Shown: in pieces, positions 1 through 24,563 of the stretch | Position numbering within the stretch: position 1 is the stretch's first letter | Layout of the letters: every line of letters begins with the position of its first letter | From: the human T2T-CHM13v2.0 reference genome, Homo sapiens | Strand: one strand, 5' to 3' | DNA length: 64,000 nt | Assembly (NCBI RefSeq): GCF_009914755.1 | Contig: NC_060929.1 | Notes under the pieces: generated by a model | Databases searched by the model: none | What the model was told of the DNA's origin: nothing | What the model saw: only the letters and a program-made list of their open reading frames with translations | Program-made: the position numbers and the translations under genes

Positions 1-229
1 AAGCCAGACAAAGACAAGCCTGGGGGACAAAAAAAAAAAAAAAAAAAAAAAAAAAACAGAAAGAAAAGAAAATTTATCGAATTACTTAAGGTAAAACTAT
101 AGAAACCTTACAAAATATTCCACTCACCTGTGCCTCATCCTGTATTTTTGTTGTCCTGTGTATTATCTGTATACATTGTAAACACATCAGCACAGTAGTA
201 CTATACTTTTTCAGTCACTTGTCTTTTAA

Positions 230-1700
230 AGATATTAAGACATAACAAAAAATCATTATTTTTGTTTTACACACATTTACAATTTCATGTGCTCTTCACT
301 CCTTTGTGTAGATCCAAATATCCATTTAGGTGTCATTTCCCTTCAGCCAAAATGTCTTATAGTGCAGGTCTGCTAGTGAAAAATTCTCTCATCTCTGTTT
401 ATCCAAAAATGTCTTTATTTTCCCCTTATTTTTGAAGGATAATTTTTCCAGATGCAGAATTCTTGGCTGAAAGCTTTCTTTTTTCCATCATTTGAATATG
501 TTGGTCCAATGTCTTTTGACCTCCACGGTTTCTGATAAGAAGTGAGGTGTTAACTGCACTGTTGTTCCCTATGTACAATATACCATTTTTCTCTGGACAG
601 TCAATAAGTGGTTTTCTTTGTAATTATCTTGCTTTCAGTCTGCTGTACTACTTGGGTAAGTTAATTTTTTCCCACAAAATGTGAGAAAATTCCAGTCATT
701 ATTTCTTCAAAAAATTTTCTATAATTTACTGCTGCCCCTCCTTCTAAGACTCTAATTATACCTATTATGGATTGTTTGATATTGCCCTACATATCTCTTT
801 TCAACTTTATTCCATCTTTTTCTCCCGTTTCTCGAAACTGGGTGATTTCTATTGATCTAGCTTGAACTTCATGGCTTCTTTTGCCAATCTGCTTTGTTTT
901 CTAATCTACTGTTGAAGCTATTTAGATTTTTAAAAAATTTCAGTTACTGTATTTTTCAACTCTCAAATTTCCATTTTTATAGTTTCCATTTCTTGGTTGA
1001 GATTTTCCACCCCACTCATTGATGTCATAGTTTAACTCATTGAACACATTTACAATAATTGCTTTGAAGTTTCTGTTAAATCCAACAACTAGGCTCACTC
1101 AGAGTCAGTTTCTATTGACTGCCCTTTCCCCCTCCTTGAGTATGAGTCACACTTCTGTTTCTTTGCATGCCTAGACACTGGGTTTAACTGTGTTCTTCTA
1201 AGAATTGTTGTGGGGTTTTTGTTGTTCTAGTAGATATTAATACTTAACCTGCCTAGATTCGAACTGCAAACTTTGTCTCCCTTGCACAATATAGGTACTG
1301 ATATCTTTGTTCTTATGGTTTCCAGCTGCTGTTGTTTTAACCTGGCCTCTTGAGGCGGGAGGCGGGGGGGGGGGGTCCTCTGTTGTGCCTACATAATTTG
1401 GCTGTCAGCCAACCACCTGAGCAGTCATTATACTAAAATTTTGCAGTTCACCCTTCGTATGATTTTTCTTGTTTGCAGGGATTCCTCTGTAATTTCTTGC
1501 TCCGCCAGCCTTGACCTCTGTCCCCTGACATTTCAAGTCCATAAAATCTCAGCTTTCTGCCACCCAAGTTGCAAATGACTGGGGAATGCAATCAGTTAAA
1601 AAAGCCGCAAAGTCACAGATATCACCCTATGCAGCTATCTTGTAAGAATAGATTCCTCTCTGGTATCTGCCTGATTTCTCACCGGGCCCTCAGAGAGTAC
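230..1700 (-). mobile_element. Ancient L1M fragment (ORF1/5' region), antisense
   Basis: T-rich degenerate L1 motifs such as atagtgcaggtctgctagtgaaaaattctctc, tttttgaaggataattttt and cagtcattatttcttcaaa. Boundaries approximate. Confidence 0.6.
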
Positions 1701-2659
1701 TTTAACTGTGAGGCAGTTTCACAGATTGGAAGTAGAATCCAACTGCATTGCTCTTCAAATTTTGGAGAGAGTCAGTTGCTCCCCTCTTTGATGGTTCCAT
1801 AGCACACTGTATATACTAATATTACTTTAGCACATATCATGAGGCATTTTGCAGGGTACTTAATTATCTTCTCCCCCATTTGAGAATAACCTCTTTTTGT
1901 ATCCTGTATCCTTGGTAGCTATAAGGTACTTGGATCCAACACGATTAATAAATAAATTTAATCTAATAATATTTGTTAATTTATTCTCATTTCATTGTTC
2001 TCTCATACTCTCCCTAACTCCTAATTAAGTAATTTGCATTTCCATCACATATTGCTCCAATTAAACTTTCACATATAACAAATTATCTAATTTTAACAGT
2101 TGTATTGCCAGAGGGAGGAGAAACACAGATTACTAAGGCATCCCGATATTTGGCATCTGCAGAGTGAAACTAGGAAATAACTCCAACAGGCCTCCTAATT
2201 AACCCTATTTTCAGACATTGTGAGGTGAATGTTATTCACATTTTAGAGCAAAACAAAGAAAGCTCAGAAACCAGAACACTTTTCCTTTGGGGCTTTGGAT
2301 TTAAGAAATTGGAAGTGTCAGATTCACCTATACCAGCAAACTGCTGACTCGAGGCTTATCACCCACTTATGGTGTTGATAATGGGATATGCTGCCTGCCA
2401 CTCTAGTTTCTGTTCACAGTTTTTGGTTAATTTTACTCTTTGGAGACTTCTGTTAATTCTTGCCAGCCTGGCTAGCAGGACAAATTAGTTTCGGTCAGAA
2501 TCCTGTTTGTTTGTTTGTTTGAAGTGGAGAGTCCTTCTAAGTTGGCTATACTCCTGAAGGAAAAAATTCCTGGTCAAGGCTTGTGTTGAATTTCTATCCA
2601 GTGACCTTGTTAAACTCCCTCAATTAGGTCCTAGGAGGGTTTTGTTGTTGTTGTTGGGG

Positions 2660-2990
<331 letters not shown>

Positions 2991-3004
2991 TCTCACAGTC
3001 CACA

Positions 3005-6332
<3,328 letters not shown>

Positions 6333-6471
6333 TAACAAAAATTTAAATTTTAAAAAGCATTTGTTCTACCCAAATTGATCTATAAGCTTAATAATTACAA
6401 ACAAAATTCCAATGGGATTTTAAAAAGTAACAGATAAGATGATTCATAACTTCATTTCAAATAGGAAAAGC

Positions 6472-6820
<349 letters not shown>

Positions 6821-7274
6821 TCACTAAATTGGAGTTCACCTGGGCCCTGCTTCTTCCTGTCACCAGCTTCTGGTAGAACCTAGGTCCCACGTCTGAGCAC
6901 TAGGTGTACCAGAGCCTGGGAAAGTGAGCATCTGCCATTTCTGCTTCTTTACACAGAAGTAGATTGTATCTCTGAAGGTGGGAGTTCTGTACACTCCTAG
7001 TGTTCTGAGATTCAGAAACTAGGATGTCACAAGGAATGACATAATGTCCACAATAGTGGTATATATTAAAATAAAAAAAGACATATTACTCTTTATCCTC
7101 AAAATTCCACTGCAAGGAACTTGTCCTACAAACATTTTTTTTCCTTTTTTAACCATAAAATGCAGAGAAAAAAACCGTATTTTAATGACCATGCAAGAGG
7201 ATTCATCATATCATAGTCTAACATCAAAAAAATTAAAATCAATAAGAGACTGGCTAAGTTTGGTTTTTAAAAAT

Positions 7275-7546
7275 TTTTATTAAAATTTCTTTTTAGTTTC
7301 ATAGGTTTTTGGGTAACAGGTGGTATTTGGTCACACAAGTAAGTTCTTTAGTGGTGATTTGTGAGGTTTTGGTGTACCTACCACCCAAGCAGTATACACT
7401 GAACCTAATTTGTAGTCTTTCATCCCTCGCCCCCTTCTCACCCCTTCCCTGAGTCGCCAAAGTCATTCTTATGCCTTTGCATCCTCATAGTTTAGCTCCC
7501 ACTTATGAGGGAGAACATACGATGTTTGGTTTTCCATTCCTGAGTA
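7275..7546 (-). mobile_element. L1PB-like 3' end
   Basis: ataggtttttgggtaacaggtggtatttgg...ctcccacttatgagggagaacatacgatg matches the L1PB 3' UTR in reverse. Confidence 0.75.
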
Positions 7547-7974
7547 ATTATGTTTTTTTAACATTAGAATAACATGCAGCTGATAAAACGATTATTGAAT
7601 GAATACTTACAATGTACCAGGCACCATGTTGTGCACTGGGAATACCATTGCAAGCAAAATGAATAATGGTCTGAATGAGGTATGAATTTTTTAAATGTCT
7701 ATTACATATTTTTTAATTTTAAAATATATATACTAATTATATATAAATATATATAAATTTTAGTTTTTATTTTAATGCCTATAATATATTAAGTAATTTT
7801 AAAAAGTTAGCATGACCCCATTGGGAAAGAATTATACATTTAAATATGTTTGTGCACACACAAGGAAAATTTCTGGAGCAATACACAAAAACTGTAGTTA
7901 TCTAGAGTAGAAATAGATAGGGGCAGGTTCTTACATAAGAATTTCTTACCTGTATTTACAGTTTATGATTATTA

Positions 7975-8569
<595 letters not shown>

Positions 8570-9374
8570 AATGTTTATAATTTAAAATGGGAAAAAATTA
8601 TTTTTCGAATGATATGATTATGTACCTTTAAAACATAAGCAAATCAGAGAACCCACTGGAGGGTACAGGGTTTCCTTCTGGAGTGAAGTAAATGTTCTAA
8701 AATTAGATAGTGGTGATGGCTGCACAACTCAGAGAATTTTATGGTATGGTATGGAATTATACTTTAATAAAGCTGTTATTAAAAGACCCACTGGAATAAG
8801 GTAACACTTTACAAATTAGCTAATACAAAAATACAAAACTAAATCCCTACCAGACAGGAAGGAACACTTTGTCTTCATGGGTAGCCAGACCCACCAACCT
8901 CCCAAAGACAGCTCAGGATAAATGAGGGATGTTGGAAGTGATCTGCAGGCTTTCAAGGAAGCTGAACTTGATTTAAGACCCAAGTTAATTTCACATCTGA
9001 TGTATTAAATTCAAAATGTAGATGAATTTTCCTTTCTATTCTATGGCAGCTCCATACAGCTGTAGTGAATATTATATTAATAAGTTCACTAACTTATGCG
9101 ATTGTGCCACTGCACTCCAGCCTGGGTGAGAGAGCAAGACTCTATCTCAAAAAAAAAAGGAGTTTTAAAAAACAATTTTTGTATTAAAAAACTCTCATGA
9201 GTCTATTTTTCCAAAACCATCCGTTTAAAAAATAGAATTATATTTTGTGACTTGCTTTTTTCCACTTAACTGTTTACTACTACCATCCCCACCTGATGTT
9301 CCCTTGGAAACCTGGTATGAGGTTTGAAAAAGTTTGCCCCAGGATCTTAAAGATGGAGACAAGCAGTGGTAAAC

Positions 9375-9535
9375 CTGCTCTACTAGTTAGCATCTGGTTG
9401 AAGCTACCTTAGTTTCCTCATTTACCAAACAGGGATAATAATACTACCTACCTCATGGGGTTGCAGTGAAGATTATGAGTTAATCCAAGTAAAGCACTTG
9501 ACATGGTACCTGGCATAAATGCCAGCTATTCTTAT
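9375..9535 (+). mobile_element. MIR
   Basis: MIR core: cttagtttcctcatttaccaaacagggataataatactacctacctcatggggttgcagtgaagatt. Confidence 0.75.
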
Positions 9536-9760
9536 TATGTGATGCTTACCATGATTGATATGTTTAACCCTACATAGCACATAGTCATTCAGAATCAAAA
9601 CACTAGCTCCATAAAAAGGCACCAAACCCAAGGAAGTCTTATAGTTTTACTGATCACCAAGAAGCAAATCTCATAAAATGAAAGTTATACTATACTTCTG
9701 CTTAGAAAGACAATATTGTAAAGACATTAACTCTCCTTTAATTAACTTATAAAACTAATG

Positions 9761-9950
9761 TAGTGGTTCTGAACTGGTGCAATTTTACCCCCTACCCAGG
9801 GGCTATTTGGCAATGTCTGGAGACATTTTTGATTGTCACAAGTTGAGGGGTTACTACTGGCAGGCATCTAGCGGGTAGAGGTCAGAGATGCTATTAAATA
9901 TCCTACAGTGCATAGGACAACCCCATGCAACAAATAATTATACGGCCCAA
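9761..9950 (+). mobile_element. MER20 (hAT-Charlie DNA transposon)
   Basis: tagtggttctgaactgg...atttggcaatgtctggagacatttttgattgtcaca...tagaggtcagagatgctattaaatatcctacagtgcataggaca. Confidence 0.85.
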
Positions 9951-10081
9951 AGAAACAATCTAATGCAGTCTTTGACAAAATTATTCTAAAATTCATTTGG
10001 GGGAACAAATGGGTACAAATAGCCAGGACATTTTTTTGGGGGAAAAAATAGTAAGGAGACACATACGTACATATGTATGTA

Positions 10082-10546
10082 TTCCCCATATGTTGAATTG
10101 TAATCCCCAAGGTTAGAGGTGGGGCCTGGTGGGAGGTGTTTGGGTCATGGGGGCAGATCCCTCATGGCTTGGTGCTGTCTTCACAATAATGAGCTATTGC
10201 GAGATCTGGTTGTTTGCATCTGTGGCACCTTCGCACCCCCACTCTCACTCTCTTGCTCTCTCCATGTGACGTGCCAGCTCCCACTGTGCCTTCCACCATG
10301 ATTGTAAGCTTCCTGAAGTCTCATCAGAAGGTGAACAGATGCCGGCACCATGCTTCCTGTACAGTCTTTGGAACTGTGAGCTCTTTTCTTGATCAATTAC
10401 CCAGTCTTAGGCATTTCTTTTGTTTTTTAATTTTAAAAAATTTTTATATAAAAGTCTTTGATCCATCTTGAATTGATTTTTTGCATAAGGTGAGAGATGA
10501 GTATTCTCAGGGATTTCTTTACAGTAATGCAAGAACAGCCTAACAC
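10082..10546 (+). mobile_element. MSTA-like solo LTR carrying an 84-bp L1-derived insert
   Basis: gttgaattgtaatcccc...ggggcctggtgggaggtg...gcaagaacagcctaacaca. The insert at 10421-10504 is flanked by a 16-bp duplication. Confidence 0.8.
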
Positions 10547-10695
10547 ATATACTGCTTTATGAAATCCCGAAAGATATATCAAACTATAAAAATAAAACAG
10601 GAAAGTTATGGTATTGAATAAAGAAATCAATGAAACATAATGGAAAACCCAGAAACACAAGTAAATAAAATAATTTGGTATAAAAATATGTTACG

Positions 10696-10998
10696 GGCCA
10701 GGTGTAGTGGCTCACACATGTTGTAATCCCAGTGCTTTGGGAGGCCAATGTGGTAGGACCACTTGAGGCAAGGAGTTCAAGACCAGTGTGGGCAACATAG
10801 TGAGACCCTGTCTCTACCAAAAAATAAATTAATTAATTTAAAAAATTAGCCAGGCATGGTGGTGTCTGCCTATAGTCCTGCCTACTCAGGAGACTTGAGG
10901 CAGGAGATTACTTGAGCCCAGGAGTTCAAGGCTGCAATGAGCTATGATTCTGCCACTGCACTCCAGGTTGGGTAACAGTGAGATTCTAAAACAAAAAA
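10696..10998 (+). mobile_element. AluJ-like
   Basis: Diagnostic ttgagcccaggagttcaaggctgcaatgagctatgatt. Confidence 0.9.
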
Positions 10999-11199
10999 TG
11001 TTACAAATAATTGGAGAAAAGATAATTGTTTTAAAATGACTGACACAATTGATAACACCATATTTTATAATCTAATATGTGGAATGTTTCCATAATACAT
11101 ATATAACCAGGATGTATACTATAATTAATGTGTGCATTTCATGTGGTAGTGTTTCTTTTTAGAAAAGGTGTTTTTAAAATGACAGCAAGTCTTAGATTT

Positions 11200-14100
11200 G
11201 TTGTTGTCTTAGAAATAAGGCAAGAAATTAAATTTTATCCTTAAGTAAAATGACTAACTATTTAAGAAAGAAGGACAAAACTGAAGGTCTAAACATGCCA
11301 TAGAAGGTCTAAACATATCATGGAAAGTTTGCGAAGGATGAATTTACAAAAGAAATTTGTGGTGACCAAGTTGGCTATAATTAGAAGAAACTTACTTATA
11401 AGTATTTCTAAAGACTGCTTCAATTAAAAAATACATGTGTGTATATATATTTATATACACATTGATATGAAAACTAAAATTTTGGTCTCCTATATTAGAA
11501 CAATGTTTTCTTGAAGTATTGATCTGCTTTTAATAACATTTGCAAGAGATTTTGACCTAATTCTGAAATTTGTTTCTTAAATTTTCAACTATCTTCTGAA
11601 GTGCAGATTTTTTGTTTGTTTGTTTTTTAGTCTTCCTTTCTCTAATATCAGTTTTAAAATGAATCTTCTTCATTTAGAATGGTAATTTCATATTTTGAGG
11701 TAGAGTTTTCCTGTGGAAGCTTCTCAGATTCACATCTCAGTAGTTAAACTTTTGCTGTATCTTGTTTCATGTGATTTGCAGGTCAGACATTTCTGCCTTT
11801 TGGTCTTCCACTTTCTCTCCTTGAGACAGTATATCTTTTTGTTTGGTGAGGTGATAATTCTCTTTTAACTTTTTCATCTTCTGTAACTTTTTTTCTCCAG
11901 CTCTAACTCTGCTTTAACGGCCTGACACTGAAATGTTCTATCTTGAAGGCCTAGAAAAGTTGTTTTCCTCCAGTATATCCTGATTCTGTGCTCTTGGCTT
12001 TCTTACTTTCTTTCTTTCTTTTCTTTTCTTTTTTTTTTTTTAGGAGTACTCATTTTTTAATTTGTTTATTTTAGTCAGGATATTTTCTGAAGTAAAATTT
12101 CACAGAAAACAAAATTTTATTTTACATGTACATTTCATCTCTTTAAAGTCAAGTTAGCTCTTTTTCTTTAAAAAAAAAAAAAAAAAAAAAGACAGTCTCA
12201 CTCTGTCACCCAGGCTGGAGTGCAGTGGCACGATCTTGGCTCACTACAACTTCTGCCTCCAGGTTCAAGCGATTCTCCTTTCTCAGCCTCCAGAGTAGCT
12301 GGGGTTACGAATGTGCGCCACTACACCCAGCTCATTTTTTGTATTTTTAGTAGAGACAGGGTTTCACCATGTTGGCCAGGCTGGTCTCAAATTCCTGTCC
12401 TCAAGTGATCAGCTCGCCTCAGCCTCCCAAAGTGCTGGGATTACAGGCATGAGCCACAGCACCCGGTCCTGAAGATAACGTTTTTATGACTTTTATTTGA
12501 AACATTATTGGTTCTTTTTTTTTTTGAGGTGGAGTCTTGCTCTGTTGCTCAGGCTGGAGTGCAGTGGCACGATCTCAGCTCACTGCAACCTCAGCCTCTG
12601 GAGTAGCAGGGATTACAGATGCCCACCACCATGCTGGCTAATTTTTGTAGTTTTAGTAAAGACAGTGTTTCACCATGTTGGCCAGGCTGGTCTCGAACCC
12701 CTGACCTCAGGTGATCTGCTCACCTCGGCCTCCCAAAGTGCTGGGATTACAGGCATGAGCCACCATGCCTAGCCAGGTTCTTTATTTAAATATTTTGTTT
12801 TCTAGCTTTAAGGAAACCTTTTCTTTCTCTTAAGCTACTTATTAGTTTACAGTAATTTGGTATACTTTGTGAACAAAGGTGGAAACATTTTTTTTGTCCC
12901 TATTTGATTCCTCTAAAATTCAGAAACTATCCATGAGTATTCTTATTTTTTATGGCAAGAATTATTTACATAAGTTTAATAAAATTTGCTCTCTCTTTAT
13001 AACAGGATGCAGTTGGAAACATTGGTTATATATATTACCAAGGCTTTAACTAGAGCATCATATTTGAGAATGTGCATATAATGCCTGGCTTCAAGGGTTC
13101 CCAGCCTTACAGTGAGTAAGGCTGTTAATACATCTGTTCTTAGATTATAGCCCTGTGCATTGTCTTTGAGTTCCTGTTATACACTGGTAGACTGAACTAA
13201 ATCTTAAATTCTTCTAGATTCCTCCCATCTTTTCTTCCATGAAATTAGTAAAAACAGGAACTGCTCTGTTCCTGAAATCCTAAAAGCTAAAACTAGATAA
13301 ATTTTAAGGGGCAAGTCTCATGGCTGATGATGAGTCACACAGAAAGTTCACCAAACCATCCAGTGCCATAACCAGACGTTCAAAACTGAAAACCAGGACA
13401 ATAAGTTGACATTTTCATGCTGCAGACAGCTTTTCCCTAGACGTTAGAACAAGACTACATAATCAGACTCCTACTCCTCTTAATCCTACCTTTTTCACTT
13501 GGCAGGATAACAGTGTAATTGAAATTTCACAATCAGCAGCTTCTGTTGGTAACTTGACAGAAACTGGTTTAAGGGATCCTTTAGTCCATCTAGTGGGTGA
13601 CCTTGGCAACATCCCTAATACAACTGTTGCTCTCTCTCTGCTTTAATTCCACCCAGTCATGGGATCCTAGATGATAAAATTGGTCTATATTATCTATTAG
13701 TTAAATAAGGAAATTTCTGTGCTGTTGCTAATACTTTATGCTGTAACTAGATAATGGCCTTTGGGAAAGCTGAGACCCATATATGCAAAATAAGAAAACA
13801 GGCCACACAGTTACAAAAGGTGTCACCTAGTTCTCCGTGGTCATTTGATTTATTCAATTGATTCAAAGGTTTAATTGAACCTTGAATCCTAGGTTCATGG
13901 CTGAAAATTATTACACAAACCGAGATTATCATTTTACTTTCTATTTTTCTTTTTAAACTTTGTAGCTATTACTTGTTAAAATTCTGCCAAACTACAATGC
14001 CTAACAGAATAATGCTGGCCCAGCACTTTGAAGTGATAGGAAACACCTATGGAACTGATAAAATTAAACTTAATAATGAACCCCAGGTAAACTTAGCTTG

Positions 14101-14256
14101 AGAGCTACTCCCTCCAAACCTCCCTTGTTGCTCAAACATGGCTAAAAGAGTTTTGACACTGACTCCTAGTTGTCAATGACTCCCTACAACATGGAATGAG
14201 ACCAACAATCCAGGATAGGTCCATCCTGGCACTGAGGGATATCAAAACTGAACTAT
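11200..14256 (+). mobile_element. ERV1 internal region (MER65-int-like) with an env TM remnant; Alus at about 12190-12468 and 12511-12775
   Basis: Decayed env TM segment near 13700-13990 (tgtgctgttgctaatactttatgctgt...tggataatggcctttgggaaagctgagaccc-like CX6CC region). The element continues at 19710 into a PPT and a MER65 LTR. Confidence 0.6.
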
Positions 14257-19660
<5,404 letters not shown>

Positions 19661-19664
19661 CAAA

Positions 19665-19667
<3 letters not shown>

Positions 19668-19707
<40 letters not shown>
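19668..19707. repeat. (CA)n microsatellite in the Alu tail
   Basis: About 20 CA units. Confidence 0.95.
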
Positions 19708-19709
<2 letters not shown>

Positions 19710-19773
19710 CTGAACTATTATACAAGCTGATTGGCAATGTTTTTGGGAAAACATCTTGATCAAATGAGGGAAA

Positions 19774-20477
<704 letters not shown>

Positions 20478-20608
20478 TAAGCATGACAACTAAGAAATCA
20501 TAAAGAAAAGGAGTGGTAGAATTGACTATATAAAAATGTAAAACTTCTGTAATTAAAAAAACAAAATCGAAAGTTGAAAGAAAATTGTAACATGTATGAC
20601 AGGAGGCT

Positions 20609-21052
20609 ATATTAGTTTCCTAGTAAAAATTACCAGAAACTAGGTGGATTTAAGCAACAGAAATTTATCCCCTCACAGTCCTGGAGGCTAAAGGTCTCAA
20701 ATCAAGGTGTCTACAGAGCCACGTTCTCTTGAAGGCTCCAGGGAAGAATCTGTTTCATGCCTTTTTCTTAGCTCCTGATGTCGCCAGCAGTCCTCGGTGT
20801 TCCTTGGCTTGCAGCTGCATAACTTCGGTTTCTGCTTCCACTGTCACATGGCATTCTTCCCCTGTGTCTTCACATGTTCTTCTCATAAGGACAGTAGTCA
20901 TGTTGTATTAAGGGTTCACTCTACTCGGCACAACCTCATCTTCACTGATTATATCTGCCAATGACCCTATTTCTAAATAAGGTCACAATCTGAGGTAGTG
21001 GGGGGTTAGAACTTCAGCACAGCTTTTTAGGAGATACAGTTCCACCTATACC
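20609..21052 (-). mobile_element. MLT1C-like LTR
   Basis: tattagtttcct...aagcaacagaaatttat...gaaggctccagggaagaatc...ctatttctaaataaggtcaca. Confidence 0.8.
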
Positions 21053-21060
21053 AATCTTTA

Positions 21061-21423
<363 letters not shown>

Positions 21424-21639
21424 TTATAATACCGCAACAGAAAAATGGGCAAAGGACAAGCATAGGGAATTTGCACACATACCCTATGTGTTTCCAATAA
21501 ACATAAGCAAGATGTCTGGCTGTACTATATGTGAGCACACTCCTTTATCTCCAACCTCACTAGCTGCTCTTCCTCCCTTGGGCTATGCACTATGGTGTTC
21601 CCTTGGGCTAGGTTCTGGATGTTCTTCCTCTTGTCACCT

Positions 21640-23108
21640 CAACCTAGATGATTTTATCCAGGTCAATGACTTCACTATAACCTATGCGCTAACAAGACTA
21701 AATTTGTATCTCTAGTCAGGACTTTTCTTCAGAGCTCTAAACTCAGTACAAATGTTATACTTGGCATCTCCAGTTGGCTATTCCACAGGCATCGTTAAGT
21801 TTTATACCTTCAAAACAGAACTCTTGAATCTTTCCTCTAACCCTGTTCCTCCCAAGTCTGCTTCATTTCAATGCATGACACCAACATGCATTCAGTTGCT
21901 CAAGCCAGAACTCAGGGCATCCTTCTTCATTCCTTCCTTTCCCTTGTTATCCACATCCAAGTTATCAGGACCTGTTGATTTTATTTACTAAATATCTACA
22001 TCCCTCCACTCTCCCAGTCTGTACCACCACTCCAGTCCAAGCTACAGTTATTTCTGACCTGGACTACTACAGCCAACCTTCTAACTGATCTCCCTAATTT
22101 CACTCTTCCCCTCTTACAGTAGGGTGACTACACTTCTGCTTTGTTTGGGACAGTTCCAGTTTTCACCTGTTGCTTGACATCCTGGTCCAGTTAGCATCCC
22201 TTTTCATTTGCAAAAGTTTCCCAATTGGATGATAAATTATATGGTCTCCCTACCTTACCATCTTTTCTTTTCACAGTAGCTAAAGTCATCTCTAAAAAAT
22301 GTAAATCAAGGCTAGGTGCAGTGGCTCACGCCTGTAATCCCAGCACTTTGGGAGGCCGAGGCGGGAGGATCATGAGGTCAGGAGATCTAGACCATCCTGG
22401 CCAACATGGTGAAACCCCGTCTCTACTAAAATACAAAAAATTAGTCAAGCGTGGTGGTGCGCTTGTAGTCCCGGCTACTCGGGAGGCTGAGTTGGGGGAA
22501 ATTGCTTGAACCTGGGAAGTGGAGGTTGCAGTGAGCCGAGATCGCACCACTGCACTACAGCCTGAGCAATGCAACAGAGCAAGACTCCATCTCCAAAAAA
22601 AAAAAAAAAAGGTAAATCAAATCATGTCACTGTCCTGCTTAAACCTTCAAAGATTTCTTACTGTATTACAATAAAATCCAAATCCCTTATTGTGGTCTCC
22701 AAAGCCCTATAACCTAACCTACCTACTTCTCATCTCTTCTGACTCTGTCCATCAGTCGTTACACTGCAGCCTCACTGGCTTTCCATTCTTCCAGTAAGTC
22801 ATGCTCATTCCTGCCTCCAAACTTTTGGTTTTGTTGTTCCCTTTGACAATGCCTTATTCATCTAGATCTTATAACTAATTTGTTGTCATTTTAGTCTCAG
22901 GTCAAATATTAACTCTTCAGAGAGGCCTTCTCTGAAAACACAATCAAATGTTCCCAATCCCACCAAAGTTACTATTATACTGTTCTCTTATTTGTTAGTT
23001 TGTTTACTGCCTATCTTTCCACAGCAGAATGTAGTTCCATTATCATCTTGTTCACCTCTGGTCCCCAGGGTTACAGCATATGCTCAATAAATATTTATTG
23101 AATAAATG
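21640..23108 (+). mobile_element. L2 fragment with an inserted MER94-like hAT (about 22120-22251) and an Alu (about 22309-22610)
   Basis: L2 3' motifs aaatcaaatcatgtcactgtcctgcttaaa, tcagagaggccttctctga and ctcaataaatatttattgaataaatgaat. MER94 ends agggtgac...ggtctccct. Confidence 0.75.
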
Positions 23109-23475
23109 AATCATAATAAAAAAATAATGACATCTTATGGAATCTGGCTATCAAACAGCAAAGATTAAAAGAACAAAAATACCGTATTTTTTCCCCTAAC
23201 ACTCTGTATTATCACCTGACATTACATTTATAGTGCTGTTTACTATCTGTGTCCCCTCAGTAAAATGAAATCTCCATGACGGCAGGGACTTGGTTTTCAT
23301 AGATGTATTCCCAGCACCTCTAAGAGTGCCTGGTATATAATAAGTGTTCAATAAATATTTATGGAATAATGTAACAATACCTAGGGGTGACTAGGCAGCA
23401 GAGAAAGGGATATGATTGGCCATATACCACTGGTAAGAATATTAATGCACAATTTCTGTAGGAAATTTGGCAATA

Positions 23476-24563
23476 CAGTTGATTCGTGAACAACACAGGT
23501 TTGAACTGCATGGGTCCACTTACAAGAGAGTTTTTTTCAATAAATATATTGGAAAATTTTTTGGCGATTTATAACAATCTGAAAAACTCACAGATGAACT
23601 CCACAGCCTACAAAAATTGAAAAAAACTAAGAAAAAGATATGTCCTGAATGCATAAAATATATGTAGATACTAGCCTATTTTATCCATTTACTACCATAA
23701 AATCAACACAAATCTATTATACAAAGTTAAACTTTATCAAAATTTATGCACACAATCACTTACTGACCATAGATGGTGACATCTGCAGTTGACAGAAATG
23801 TAAAGATGCAATATTAACTCACAACTGCATATTTTTAAATTCATTATTTTTTTCTTTTTAATTTGTATCACAACTGCATAAAATTTACCATAGACTACAC
23901 TGTACTACTGTGATAATAATGTCCTACTACCACAGACATCTGCTGCTGCTGTGGTGGGCTCAAGTGTTGTGAGGATCCACTTAAAACGTCATGTCACACT
24001 AATCAATTTCTGCACTACTTCCCAGTAAACTGTGTATCACGGTAACAAGTGTTCTCTCCTGGGTTTTTTTCCACATATACTTGTTTAATCATGTGTAGGG
24101 TAATATCGTAAACCTTGAATAACACCATGAAACCCATACAAAGTGCTACTAGTGATGCTGGATGTACTCTCAAGAAACAGAGAAAAGTCATGACATAAGA
24201 AAAGCTGAATCGCTTGAGATGTACCGTAGATAGAGGTCTGCAGCTGTGGTTGTCCCCTATTTCAGACAGATGATTTATCTTGTAAACAGACGATGTAAAC
24301 CTATGGTATTGACAAATGCAGTATAGTACTGTAAATGTATTTTATCTTCCTTATGATCTTAACATTTTTCTCTTGCTTACTTTATCGTAAGAGTCCATAT
24401 AACATACAAAACATGAGTTAACTGCTTATGTTACTGGTAAGGCTTCCAGTCAACAGTAGGCCACTGGTAGTTAAGTTTTCGAGGAGTCAAATGTCACATG
24501 TAAATTTTCAACTGCACGGGGGGGTTAGCAACCCTAATCCCCGTGTTATTCAAGGATTAGCTA
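23476..24563. mobile_element. Tigger2-family element (about 1.1 kb, Tigger2b-like)
   Basis: ta|cagttgattcgtgaacaacacaggtttgaactgcatgggtccactta ... ccccgtgttattcaaggattagcta: degenerate TIRs with a TA flank. Confidence 0.8.

Noticed and set aside
1-72. Poly-A tract at the window start
   Set aside because: Probably a retroelement tail cut by the window edge; too little sequence to call.
1353-1376. G-run with quadruplex potential
   Set aside because: Isolated homopolymer inside an old L1; no supporting context.
10260-10375. Second antisense MST LTR as another cassette exon
   Set aside because: The position equivalent to the 4282 donor reads gagctg|gcacgt (no GT), and the acceptor is altered.
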